Shown piece by piece: positions 8,809 to 16,878 of a stretch of 32,912 bases of DNA (position 1 is its first letter; each line of letters opens with the position of its first letter). This DNA is from Gaiellaceae bacterium (GTDB lineage: Bacteria > Actinomycetota > Thermoleophilia > Gaiellales > Gaiellaceae), in assembly GCA_046716705.1 (NCBI GenBank), contig JBKJWA010000261.1:1-32912 (forward strand). Reading direction: 5' to 3'. The translations under genes were made by a program, and so were the position numbers. The notes beneath the pieces were generated by a model. That model was not told the DNA's origin and searched no databases. It worked only from the letters and a program-made list of their open reading frames with translations.

Positions 8809-9538
8809 TCCGCGCCTCGCCGCGCTGCGGCGGCTCGCGATCGTGCCGGCGTACAACGAGGAGGGCTCGGTCGCGCGCGTGATCGACGAGATCCGCGACT
8901 TCGATCCCGGCTTCGAGGTCGTCGTTGTGGACGACGGGTCCCACGACAGCACGACCTCGGTTGCGGAGGAGAATGGCGCTCGCGTACTGACGCTCCCTTA
9001 CAACCTCGGCATCGGCGGCTCCGTGCAGACCGCCTTCCGCTACGCGCTCGAGAACGAGTTCGAGCTCGCCGTTCGCCTCGACGGGGATGGCCAGCACGAC
9101 GCCGCACACCTCCCGGCGCTGATAGCGCCGGTGCTCGACGGGAAGGCGGACGTCGCCGTCGGCTCGCGCTACCTCGGTGACGGTGGTTACCGGCAATCGG
9201 CGCACCGAAACATCGGCAACCGTATCCTCGCTGGGGCCGCCTCCGCCGTCACGGGGCAGAAGGTCACGGATCCGTCCTCCGGCTTCCAGGCGCTGAATCG
9301 CGACGCGATCGAGCTCTTCGCGAACGACTATCCGCACGAGTTCCCGGAGGTGGAGGCGACCGTGCTGGTGGCGAAGCACCGCCTGCGCCGGGTCGAGGTT
9401 CCCGCGCCGATGCGAGAGCGCCTGGCCGGTACGTCGTCCCACGGCGTCCTCAAGTCCACGTACTTTCTCGCCAAGGTGCTGCTCGCGCTCTTCGTCGCGC
9501 TCTTCCGCCGCCAGGCCGTTCCCGGGGACACGCGGTGA
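8771..9538 (+). CDS. GT2-family polyprenyl-phosphate glycosyltransferase (DPM1/GtrB/ArnC-like)
   Basis: LAIVPAYNEEGSV...VVVVDDGSHDST...RLDGDGQHD are GT-A signature motifs. The ORF-track start is TTG 8771. GTG 8789 or GTG 8801 (8-nt overlap with the upstream stop) are alternatives. Confidence 0.85.
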   Translation: MSARAPVRRSVADPRLAALRRLAIVPAYNEEGSVARVIDEIRDFDPGFEVVVVDDGSHDSTTSVAEENGARVLTLPYNLGIGGSVQTAFRYALENEFELAVRLDGDGQHDAAHLPALIAPVLDGKADVAVGSRYLGDGGYRQSAHRNIGNRILAGAASAVTGQKVTDPSSGFQALNRDAIELFANDYPHEFPEVEATVLVAKHRLRRVEVPAPMRERLAGTSSHGVLKSTYFLAKVLLALFVALFRRQAVPGDTR

Positions 9539-9897
9539 CGCCGCTCACCTTCTCGATCGCGGGCGCCATCGCCTCGGTGCTGCTCGTGCTCGTCGTGCTC
9601 GAGCTGATCCGCAAACGGCGCCTGAAGGAGCGCTACGCATTGCTTTGGCTCGTGACGGGGATCGTACTGCTCGTGATCTCGATCTGGCGATCGGCGACGG
9701 CGACGATCGCCGACTGGTTCGGCGTCGAGACGTACCCGCCCGCGGTGCTGTTCGCGGTGGCCGTGTTCTTCATCCTCCTCGTCCTGCTCGACTACTCGAC
9801 GGCGATCTCGAAGCTCGTCGACCAGAACGTCACGCTCTCTCAGCGGCTCGCGATCCTCGAGGAGAAGCTCAAGGATGAAAGGCGTGAAGAGTCGTGA
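9535..9897 (+). CDS. DUF2304-family small membrane protein
   Basis: 120 aa with three hydrophobic helices and a C-terminal amphipathic/coiled tail (LSQRLAILEEKLKDE). GTGA overlap with the GT2 stop. The GT2 plus DUF2304 pairing is characteristic. Confidence 0.8.
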   Translation: MTPLTFSIAGAIASVLLVLVVLELIRKRRLKERYALLWLVTGIVLLVISIWRSATATIADWFGVETYPPAVLFAVAVFFILLVLLDYSTAISKLVDQNVTLSQRLAILEEKLKDERREES

Positions 9898-11245
9898 CGC
9901 CGTGCTCGTCGGCTGCGGTTGCGTAAGGCTCCTGCAACGCCGCCATCAGCGCCGGCCGCTCAGCCCAGAGCCTGCCGACCACGACCGTGAGAACGTCGTT
10001 TCGCCTGAGCTCCTCGAGGATCTCCTCGTCCGTGAGCGAGCCGGTGCCGAGCCGGACGAACGACGAGTCGATCAGCTGCCCGGGCACGCGACGGTCGGCG
10101 AGGTACGCGATGATTGGGAGGTCAGTGCCGACGAGACCGAACGGCTCCGGGTCCGTACGTAGTTGCTCGGCGGCAAAGACGACGCCGCGCGGATCGCCCT
10201 CCTGGCGCCACAGTCTCCGCTCTTCCTGAGCGAAGCCGAGGGCGATCAAGATCGCAGCAGTCCCAGCAGCCGCGTATCGCACCGGTACGGGAACGCGAGT
10301 GACGGCTACTCCAAGTCCCGCTCCCGCGAGAACGGCCAGGGTCGCTGCGAGCAGGACGAAGTGATGATCGAGCAGGGGCTGCTGCGCCATGAGAAAGAGC
10401 GCCGAGACGGCGATCCACGCGCCGAGGGCGAGTAGCTCGACCCGCCTCAGCAACACGACTGCGGCAACGAGCCCGATGGGCACGAGCAGTCCCGCCGGCG
10501 TTCGCCAGTCGAGCGGATGCAGAAGCACGCGCTCGATGTTGTCGGCCACCGATGGGCCGAGGTCGCGCGCGTCGCGGTGGTCCGATACCACCGACTGCCA
10601 GAGCTCGCCGAGCGCGCCCGCGTAGGTAATGAGCAGCGCCGCCCAGACCGCGGCGGCTCCAGCTGCTGCTGCGGCCGCCGCTCGCCACGAGCGGCGCGCG
10701 GCGAGCAGCACGGCGAGCGGCGCGACCACCGGAAGCGCGAGCAGCTTGACGGAGATCGCGGCGCCGGCGACCACGCCCACGGCCGCCCAGCGCCATGAGC
10801 AACGGCCGGCGTAGAAGGCGACCGCGACCGCGCCGAGGGCGAGTGCGACGGAAGCTGTGTCCGCCTGGACACGCGCAGCCTGCACGGGCCACGGTGCGGT
10901 CACGGCAAGCAATGCCGCAGCGCCGAACCCACCCCAGCCGCCGGCGAGCTTACTGCCGATGGCATAGGCGGCGACCAGTCCCAGAAGCGCGACGAGCATG
11001 AATGCGACCCGAATCCCCTCGACCCCGTCGCCGGGCAAGAACGACAGTGCCTGGAGCAGCACGTAGAAGCCGGGCGGCTGCGACGCGTAGACGTCCGTCC
11101 CCAGCTCCTGTCCGTGGCGGAGCGCATCAAGCGATGCGAGGTAGACGCCCTCGTCGTAGTTCGCCGCCGCGTCGAGACCCCGGAGGTAGACGAGCGTCGT
11201 GACTGCGAGCAGCCCGGCGAGCCCGACCCACTCGCGACGGATCAA
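9869..11245 (-). CDS. polytopic GT-C-fold glycosyltransferase (GT39/ArnT-like)
   Basis: This is the C-terminal 458 aa of the 1004-aa track ORF. It contains the NYDEGVYL first-loop motif, many TM helices and a soluble C-terminal domain. The proposed TTG start at 11245 forms a TTGA overlap with the upstream stop. The upstream part of the track ORF is an Arg/Pro/Ala-rich shadow frame. Confidence 0.75.
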   Translation of the reverse strand: MIRREWVGLAGLLAVTTLVYLRGLDAAANYDEGVYLASLDALRHGQELGTDVYASQPPGFYVLLQALSFLPGDGVEGIRVAFMLVALLGLVAAYAIGSKLAGGWGGFGAAALLAVTAPWPVQAARVQADTASVALALGAVAVAFYAGRCSWRWAAVGVVAGAAISVKLLALPVVAPLAVLLAARRSWRAAAAAAAGAAAVWAALLITYAGALGELWQSVVSDHRDARDLGPSVADNIERVLLHPLDWRTPAGLLVPIGLVAAVVLLRRVELLALGAWIAVSALFLMAQQPLLDHHFVLLAATLAVLAGAGLGVAVTRVPVPVRYAAAGTAAILIALGFAQEERRLWRQEGDPRGVVFAAEQLRTDPEPFGLVGTDLPIIAYLADRRVPGQLIDSSFVRLGTGSLTDEEILEELRRNDVLTVVVGRLWAERPALMAALQEPYATAADEHGVTTLHAFHP

Positions 11246-12900
11246 GGAACCGTGACGGTGACGGGGTTCGAGAGGAGGAAGACGTCGCCCATCTGGGGGT
11301 CGTCGAGCCAGTTCGCGCCGACGCCGACGCGGTACGTCCACGGGCCTGGCCCGGGCTGGTCGGTGGCGATCGTGGCGCGGGTGACGCGGACGACCTCGCC
11401 CGTGATCTCGCAGGTGTCCGCGCCGCCATAGGCGCTCGGGCCGCAGAGTGTGTCCATCGCAGCCTGCGTGCGGAAGACCTTGAAGAAGACCCCGACCGAG
11501 GGCGTGTCGGGCCGGTCCCAGCGCAGGAAGACGCGCCCGGCGGGACCGGCGCGCGCCCGGAGGTCCAGGCCGCCGTCGACAGGCACGGCGATGCCGTCGA
11601 GGACGATCGAGCGGTCGGCCAAGCGCAGCGGGCTCACTGCCGCAGCGGCGACGAGCGGCGCTACCCCGAGCGCGAGCACGGCGGCGATCAGAGCCGCACG
11701 GCCTGTCTGGCGCGGCGGCGCGATCCGCGTCCGCTCCGCCCACCGCTGGCCCCAGCGGGGCACGAGCACCGGCAGCGATGCGGCCATCAGGACGAGCACC
11801 GGGAAGACCGGCATTAGGAAGCGGAAGAACGACCCGCTGTCGACGCTCGAGGAGAGCGCCGAGCCCTTGATCACGAAGAACGCCCAGAACCAGAGCGACA
11901 GGAAGGCCGCGATGGGGATCGACCGCCTCGCGACGGCGATGGCGCCGGCGATGGGCAGCCACTGGAGCACCCGCAGGCTGAAGAAGACCTCGGCCAAGCC
12001 GAGGAGGTTCAGGTGCAGGTGGTGCCAGTCGATGTCGACGTAGCGGTCGTACGGGCTCGTGATTGTGTCCACGCCCAGCGCCACCCGCACCTCCTCCTGG
12101 TACGTGAACGCCGGGATGTAGCCGAAGCCCTGCTGCTTCCAGAGCATGAGCCCGCCGAGCGCCGGAGCGAGCGCGACGGCGAAGGCGACCGTCTCGCGCC
12201 ACCGTCGGGCGAGCAGGGTCGCGGCGAAGACGCCGAAGAGGAAGAGCAGGCTCGACGGCTTCATGAGCGTCGCGAAGCCCGCCAGGAGCCCGGCGAGGAC
12301 GGCCGCGCGCAGATCGCGACCCTGGATTGCACGCACCGTGAAGACCGCCGAGGCGAGGAGGCAAACGACCGTCGGCTGGTCGGCCATCGCGGTCAGGCCC
12401 AGCGGATGGGGGAGGAACTGGTCGATGTAGCGGTCGTGGTAGCGCTGCTCGAACAGCGGGATGACGGCGTAGGGCACCACCGTCCAGAGGAAGGCCGCGG
12501 TGTAGCCCACCATCCGCCCGCCGATCCGCGCTCCCAGCTCGTAGACGCACCAGAGCGCGATCGGTGCGAGCACGATCACCTGGAGGACGAGCGCGCCCGG
12601 CAGCCCGTTTACGAACGCCGGGCCGGCGACGAGCGCGAGCGGTGCGAGCACGAGCGACCAGCCGTGCGAGACGAGCGGCACGGTGATGTCTCCGCCCATC
12701 AGCAGCCAGCCGGTCGTCCAGAACCAGATCTGGTCCCCGCCCTGGTAGAAGAGCCAGCCGTTGTGGTTCACACGGGTTGTGAACGCAACGAGCGCGAGCC
12801 AGTGGATCACGAGCAGCGGTACGAGCAGGCGCCACGGCTCGCGAAGAGGAATGCCGTTCCACGCCCGGACGGCCGCGCGCCATACACGCTGCGCCGTCAT
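11242..12900 (-). CDS. polytopic GT-C-like membrane glycosyltransferase with C-terminal beta-rich domain
   Basis: 552 aa with about 10 or more TM helices, then a final TM and a roughly 150-aa Gly/Val/Thr-rich extracytoplasmic tail. ATGA overlap with the fcl stop. Confidence 0.7.
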   Translation of the reverse strand: MTAQRVWRAAVRAWNGIPLREPWRLLVPLLVIHWLALVAFTTRVNHNGWLFYQGGDQIWFWTTGWLLMGGDITVPLVSHGWSLVLAPLALVAGPAFVNGLPGALVLQVIVLAPIALWCVYELGARIGGRMVGYTAAFLWTVVPYAVIPLFEQRYHDRYIDQFLPHPLGLTAMADQPTVVCLLASAVFTVRAIQGRDLRAAVLAGLLAGFATLMKPSSLLFLFGVFAATLLARRWRETVAFAVALAPALGGLMLWKQQGFGYIPAFTYQEEVRVALGVDTITSPYDRYVDIDWHHLHLNLLGLAEVFFSLRVLQWLPIAGAIAVARRSIPIAAFLSLWFWAFFVIKGSALSSSVDSGSFFRFLMPVFPVLVLMAASLPVLVPRWGQRWAERTRIAPPRQTGRAALIAAVLALGVAPLVAAAAVSPLRLADRSIVLDGIAVPVDGGLDLRARAGPAGRVFLRWDRPDTPSVGVFFKVFRTQAAMDTLCGPSAYGGADTCEITGEVVRVTRATIATDQPGPGPWTYRVGVGANWLDDPQMGDVFLLSNPVTVTVP

Positions 12901-13811
12901 GCGAGGGCGCGCGCGTGCTCTCGGTACCAGGCGATCGTGCGCTCGAGCCCGTCGCGGAGGCTCGTCGAGGCGCGGAAGCCGAAGAGGTCGGCCGCCTTCG
13001 TCGTGTCGAGGAGCCGCCGCGGCTGCCCGTTCGGCTTCGACGGATCCCAGACGATCTCGCCCTCGTAGCCCGTGAGCTCGGCGACGAGCGCCGCCAGCTC
13101 GCCGATCGAGATCTCCTCGCCGGAGCCGAGGTTGACGGGCTCAGCTTCGTCGTAGCGCTCGGCGGCGAGCGCGATGCCCTCGGCGCAGTCCTCGACGAAG
13201 AGGAACTCGCGCGTCGGCGTGCCGTCGCCCCAGAGCACGACCTCCTCGTCCGCCTCGAGCAGCTTGCGGATGAGCGCGGGCACGACGTGCGAGGTCTCGA
13301 GGTCGAAGTTGTCGCGCGGCCCGTAGAGGTTGACCGGCAGCAGCGTGATCGCGTTCAGCCCGTACTGGTCGCGGTAGGCCTGCGCGCCGACGAGCAGCGC
13401 CTTCTTCGCGACGCCGTACGGCGCGTTCGTCTCCTCGGGAAAGCCGTTCCAGAGGTCCTCCTCGCGGAACGGCGCCGGCGTGTGCTTGGGGTACGAGCAG
13501 ATCGTCCCCAGCATGACGAGCTTTGCGACGCCGGCGAGGCGGGCCTGTTCGAGCACGTGCGTGCCCATGACGAGATTCGCGTGCCAGAAGAGCCCCGGCG
13601 CCGCGCGGTTCGCGCCGATGCCGCCGGCGAGCGCGGCGAGGTGGAAGACGATCTCGGGCTCGGTGTCCCGGAAGAGGCGCGCGGCGTCGTCCTCGTGCGT
13701 GAGGTCGTAATCGGAGCTCCGGGGGACGACAACCTCGTGCCCGCCCGCCTCCAGCCGCTCGACGAGATGCGAGCCGAGGAAGCCCGAGCCGCCGGTGACG
13801 AGCGTTCTCAT
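12897..13811 (-). CDS. fcl: GDP-L-fucose synthase family (GDP-4-keto-6-deoxy-D-mannose 3,5-epimerase/4-reductase)
   Basis: [73 protein letters not shown] and [11 protein letters not shown] align motif-for-motif with Fcl/WcaG as I remember it. ATG 13811 forms an ATGA overlap with the upstream stop. Confidence 0.85.
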   Translation of the reverse strand: MRTLVTGGSGFLGSHLVERLEAGGHEVVVPRSSDYDLTHEDDAARLFRDTEPEIVFHLAALAGGIGANRAAPGLFWHANLVMGTHVLEQARLAGVAKLVMLGTICSYPKHTPAPFREEDLWNGFPEETNAPYGVAKKALLVGAQAYRDQYGLNAITLLPVNLYGPRDNFDLETSHVVPALIRKLLEADEEVVLWGDGTPTREFLFVEDCAEGIALAAERYDEAEPVNLGSGEEISIGELAALVAELTGYEGEIVWDPSKPNGQPRRLLDTTKAADLFGFRASTSLRDGLERTIAWYREHARALA

Positions 13812-14956
13812 TCGACCTTTGCGGGTGACGGGGCGCTCCAATCGACCCGCCCTGCCCACTTGTCGCGGTTGTCGGCGTACCACGCGATCGTCTGCCGGAC
13901 GCCGTCCTCCCAGGAGACGAGCGGCTGCCAGCCGGTCTCGCGCGCGAGCTTCTCGAAGCCGACCTTCAGCGCGAGCACCTCGCTGGCGCCCGGGCGGTGG
14001 CGCTCGGCGACGCTCACCACCTCGCGGTCGCCGGGCCAGTGACCGGCTTCCTCGCCCACGCGCAGGATGAGGTCCGCCCAGTCGCGCATCGAGATGTTCT
14101 CGCCCTGTCCGTAGACGTACACGTCGCCCGGCACGCCGTGGGCGGCGACCGTGAGGTGACCGCGGACGCCGTCCGTGCAGTAACAGAAGTCGCGGAGCGG
14201 CTCGAGCTGCCCGAGCTCCACGCGCTGCCGCTCGAGTGCCTGCGTGATGATCGTCCCCGTGACGAAGCGCGGGTTCTGCCGCGGCCCGTAGTTGTTGAAC
14301 ATCCTCGTCACGATGCCCGGGATGCCGAACGCGTCGTGGTAGTTCATCGTCAGGAAGTCCGCGGCCACCTTCGACGTCGCGTACACCGACTTCGGGTTGA
14401 GCGGCGAGCGCTCGTGGAAGACCACGCCGCCGTCGGCGTCGAAGTCGTGCTGGTCGACGACCGCCTCGCGCGGGTTGCCGTACTCCTCCGACGTGCCCGC
14501 AGTGTCGAAGCGCTCGAGCTCGAGCTCGTGGTCGAGGATCGACTGGAGGAGGTTGAGCGTACCGACGATGTTCGCCATCACCGTCTCGTATGGCCTGTGC
14601 CAGGACTCGCCGACGTGCGCCTGGGCGCCGAGATGGAAGACGTACGGCCGGTCCGGCGCCCGCTTCAGCTCCCGCACGAGGTAGTCCACCGACGTGCGGT
14701 CGGTGAGGTCGGCGAACTTGATGACCATCCGCTGGCGTAGATGGCCGATGTTGTTCAGCGCGCCGCTCGACGTCGCGCGAACGAAGGCGACGACGTTCGC
14801 GCCCAACTCGACGAGCGCCTCCGTGAGGTGCGAGCCCATGAAGCCGTCGGCGCCGGTGACGAGCACCGTGCGCCCTTCGTAGACGTCGCCGAGCTCGCGC
14901 CGCAGGTCGGCGATCGCGGTCTCGGACCAGATGCTTCCGGCACCCGCCCCGCTCAT
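13808..14956 (-). CDS. extended-SDR NDP-sugar 4,6-dehydratase (probably GDP-mannose 4,6-dehydratase-like)
   Basis: [13 protein letters not shown] Rossmann motif, AGTSEEYG, and YATSK catalytic Tyr/Lys. [22 protein letters not shown] is intermediate between RmlB and Gmd patterns. ATG 14956 is chosen; the longer track ORF N-terminus is a shadow frame. Confidence 0.8.
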   Translation of the reverse strand: MSGAGAGSIWSETAIADLRRELGDVYEGRTVLVTGADGFMGSHLTEALVELGANVVAFVRATSSGALNNIGHLRQRMVIKFADLTDRTSVDYLVRELKRAPDRPYVFHLGAQAHVGESWHRPYETVMANIVGTLNLLQSILDHELELERFDTAGTSEEYGNPREAVVDQHDFDADGGVVFHERSPLNPKSVYATSKVAADFLTMNYHDAFGIPGIVTRMFNNYGPRQNPRFVTGTIITQALERQRVELGQLEPLRDFCYCTDGVRGHLTVAAHGVPGDVYVYGQGENISMRDWADLILRVGEEAGHWPGDREVVSVAERHRPGASEVLALKVGFEKLARETGWQPLVSWEDGVRQTIAWYADNRDKWAGRVDWSAPSPAKVE

Positions 14957-14964
14957 GGCCGCAA

Positions 14965-14970
14965 AGAGTA
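14965..14970 (-). promoter_or_regulatory. putative -10 box TACTCT upstream of the dehydratase operon
   Basis: The minus strand reads TACTCTTTGCGGCC-ATG (8-nt gap), within a 32-nt divergent intergenic region. Confidence 0.3.
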
Positions 14971-14988
14971 GTCCCTCGCTGTAAAGGT

Positions 14989-15768
14989 TTGTCGGTGCGC
15001 GGCTGGGCGGGACTCTGGGCAGAGAGCGTGAAGCTCGGCGTGCGCCATCTGCTCCGGAAGGGCTACCGGCGCGAGGCGGTGGTACGCGTCGTCGTGCCGC
15101 TCGACCCGAGCCGCTACCTCGAGCTGCCGTGGGCGCTCGAGCGGCTGGGCGCGAAGCCGGGCCAGCGCGTGCTCGACCTCGCCGGCCCGAAGTTGCTCTC
15201 GGTCTTGTTGGCGCGGCAGGGCGTCCGCGTGACGGCCGTCGATCAGCTCGAACGCGAGATCGCGACCTGGCAGGCGCTCGCGGGCGACGTCCCCGAGCTC
15301 GAGCTGCGCGTCGCCGACGGCCGCGCGCTGCCGTTCGAGGACGACTCGTTCGACCATGCGTGCTCGATCTCGGTGCTCGAGCACATCGAGGAGCCCGGGG
15401 ACGCCGAGGCGCTGCGCGAGCTGGCGCGCGTCGTGCGGCCCGGCGGTCGGGTGCTCGTGACGCTTCCCCACGCGACGGCGTATCGCGAGGATTGGCGCGA
15501 CGCGCCCGTCTATGCGAACGAGCCCGCAGGCGGCCGTACGTTCTTCCAGCGCTGGTACGACTCGGCACGTGTCGACGCCCTTGTAGCGGCCGCGCCGGAG
15601 CTCGAGCTCGTCTCGCGCGACGTCGTGCGCATGGCGCCGAACTGGAACGACGCGTACGTGCGCTCGTTCCCGTGGCTCGTGCCGCTCGGCCCCCTCTATG
15701 GGCTGCTCGGCCGCGAGGTGGCGGCGGCAGACGGCGACGTTGTTCGTCTCGCCTTCGTCAGGCGCTAG
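14989..15768 (+). CDS. class I SAM-dependent methyltransferase (Methyltransf_11-like)
   Basis: [33 protein letters not shown], and [16 protein letters not shown]. The start is TTG 14989 or in-frame GTG 14995. It appears to be a single-gene unit. Confidence 0.8.
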   Translation: MSVRGWAGLWAESVKLGVRHLLRKGYRREAVVRVVVPLDPSRYLELPWALERLGAKPGQRVLDLAGPKLLSVLLARQGVRVTAVDQLEREIATWQALAGDVPELELRVADGRALPFEDDSFDHACSISVLEHIEEPGDAEALRELARVVRPGGRVLVTLPHATAYREDWRDAPVYANEPAGGRTFFQRWYDSARVDALVAAAPELELVSRDVVRMAPNWNDAYVRSFPWLVPLGPLYGLLGREVAAADGDVVRLAFVRR

Positions 15769-16822
15769 CGACGTCTCGGTACACGGCGTCGTGGGCGTGG
15801 GCGCAAGCGTCCCATGTGAAGCCCGCCGCCTGCTCCAGGCCTCGCTCCACGAGCCGGCCGTCGAGCGCGCGGAGGATCGCGTCGGCCATGTCCTGGGCCG
15901 ACAGCGGGTCGAAGTACTCGGCGGCCGCGCCGCAGACCTCGGGGAGCGAGGTCGCGTTCGACGAGGCGACGGGGCACCTGCACGCCATCGCCTCGAGAGG
16001 GGGTAGGCCAAAGCCCTCGTACAGGCTGGGAAACACGAGGCAGGCGGCACGGCGGTACAGGTCGAGGAGCTCGTCCGCCGACACGTGGCCTCGCCACTCC
16101 ACGGCTTCGGGTAGCCGCGCCCGCTCGTGTCCCTGCCCGGTGAGGACGAGCCGGAGGTCGGGCCGGTCCCGTCGCGCGAGCGCGAACGCGTCGAAGAGCC
16201 GGGCGTGATTCTTGTGCGGCCAGCGGTTCGCTGGATAGAGGAGGAAAGGCTCGCGGTCACGCTTGTCAGGCGTGAAGCGTTCGTGGTCGATGCCGAGATG
16301 AATCGTGCGCACGCGCTCCGGCGCGAGCCCGTACCGCTCGAGCAACGTCGACCGCGCGTGCTCGGAGATGGCGATCAGCAGGCGGCTGCGCTTCACAGTC
16401 CAGCCGTAGACGACTCGGCGATAGGCGAGCTCCGCGCGCGAGAAGAACGCCGGGTAGAGCTCGTGCTGCAGGTCGTGCACGGTCGTCACCGTGGGCGGCG
16501 CGTCGACGCGGGGAATCATGACGCTGAGCGGGAAGTGGAGCGCGCCGAGGCCTGCGCGACCGAACCGGCGGCGAACTGGCGCCGGTATCGCCGTCGCGAG
16601 CGACATCGCGGCGACACGACCCGCAGTCGTCGTGCGAGCGCGGTACTCGGGGACGACCGTCGTCGGCAACCCGTGGCCGGCAGCGGGGGCGAGCGTGGGG
16701 ACAAACGCCGCGTAGTCGAGCTCCCCGACGCGCGCCAGGGCACGGCAGAGCTCGCGCGCGTACGTCTCCGAGCCTCCGACGACGCCCGGAACGAGCGTGA
16801 GCAAGCTCAGACCGACGCGCAT
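15758..16822 (-). CDS. GT4-family glycosyltransferase (WbdA/mannosyltransferase-like subgroup)
   Basis: Begins MRVGLSLLTLVPGVVGGSETY and contains FPSLYEGFGLPPLEAMACRCPV. ATG 16822 is chosen. Its 3' end overlaps the convergent methyltransferase by 11 nt. Confidence 0.9.
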   Translation of the reverse strand: MRVGLSLLTLVPGVVGGSETYARELCRALARVGELDYAAFVPTLAPAAGHGLPTTVVPEYRARTTTAGRVAAMSLATAIPAPVRRRFGRAGLGALHFPLSVMIPRVDAPPTVTTVHDLQHELYPAFFSRAELAYRRVVYGWTVKRSRLLIAISEHARSTLLERYGLAPERVRTIHLGIDHERFTPDKRDREPFLLYPANRWPHKNHARLFDAFALARRDRPDLRLVLTGQGHERARLPEAVEWRGHVSADELLDLYRRAACLVFPSLYEGFGLPPLEAMACRCPVASSNATSLPEVCGAAAEYFDPLSAQDMADAILRALDGRLVERGLEQAAGFTWDACAHAHDAVYRDVASA

Positions 16823-16828
16823 CGCGCG

Positions 16829-16872
16829 AGCGTACCGGCGCTTACCGTGCCGTAACAGGCTGGAAGTACCAT
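16829..16872. promoter_or_regulatory. putative bidirectional leaderless promoter core (two -10 boxes)
   Basis: Plus strand: TACCAT (16867-16872), then 6 nt, then ATG 16879. Minus strand: TACGCT (complement of 16829-16834), then 6 nt, then ATG 16822. No Shine-Dalgarno-like sequence on either side. Confidence 0.4.
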
Positions 16873-16878
16873 GCGGCC

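Noticed and set aside
5885-8952. Long antisense ORFs 5885-7405 (506 aa) and 7504-8952 (482 aa) opposite the WbaP-like, CgeB-like and GT2 genes.
   Set aside because: Both have extreme Arg/Asp/Glu/His/Pro composition and no recognisable motifs. They are fully covered by plus-strand genes with strong family signatures, so they are stop-poor reverse frames expected at this GC content.
11246-12883. N-terminal 546 codons of the 1004-aa minus-strand ORF (9869-12883), which would make one giant protein.
   Set aside because: This part is Arg/Pro/Ala/Gly-rich with no TM helices. It runs out of frame over the well-formed membrane protein gene 11242-12900. It is a typical shadow frame of GC-rich DNA. 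A pseudogene or frameshift explanation is unnecessary because a TTGA-coupled start at 11245 gives a complete GT-C protein.
14957-15568. 204-codon N-terminal extension of the dehydratase ORF (track ORF 13808-15568).
   Set aside because: The extension is an Arg/Ala/Pro-rich low-complexity sequence lying antisense to the real methyltransferase gene 14989-15768. The Rossmann motif begins right after ATG 14956. The same reasoning was used to trim the track ORFs starting at 17008, 13883, 28439, 19063, 20141, 22069, 22326, 25150, 30032, 31209 and 5122.
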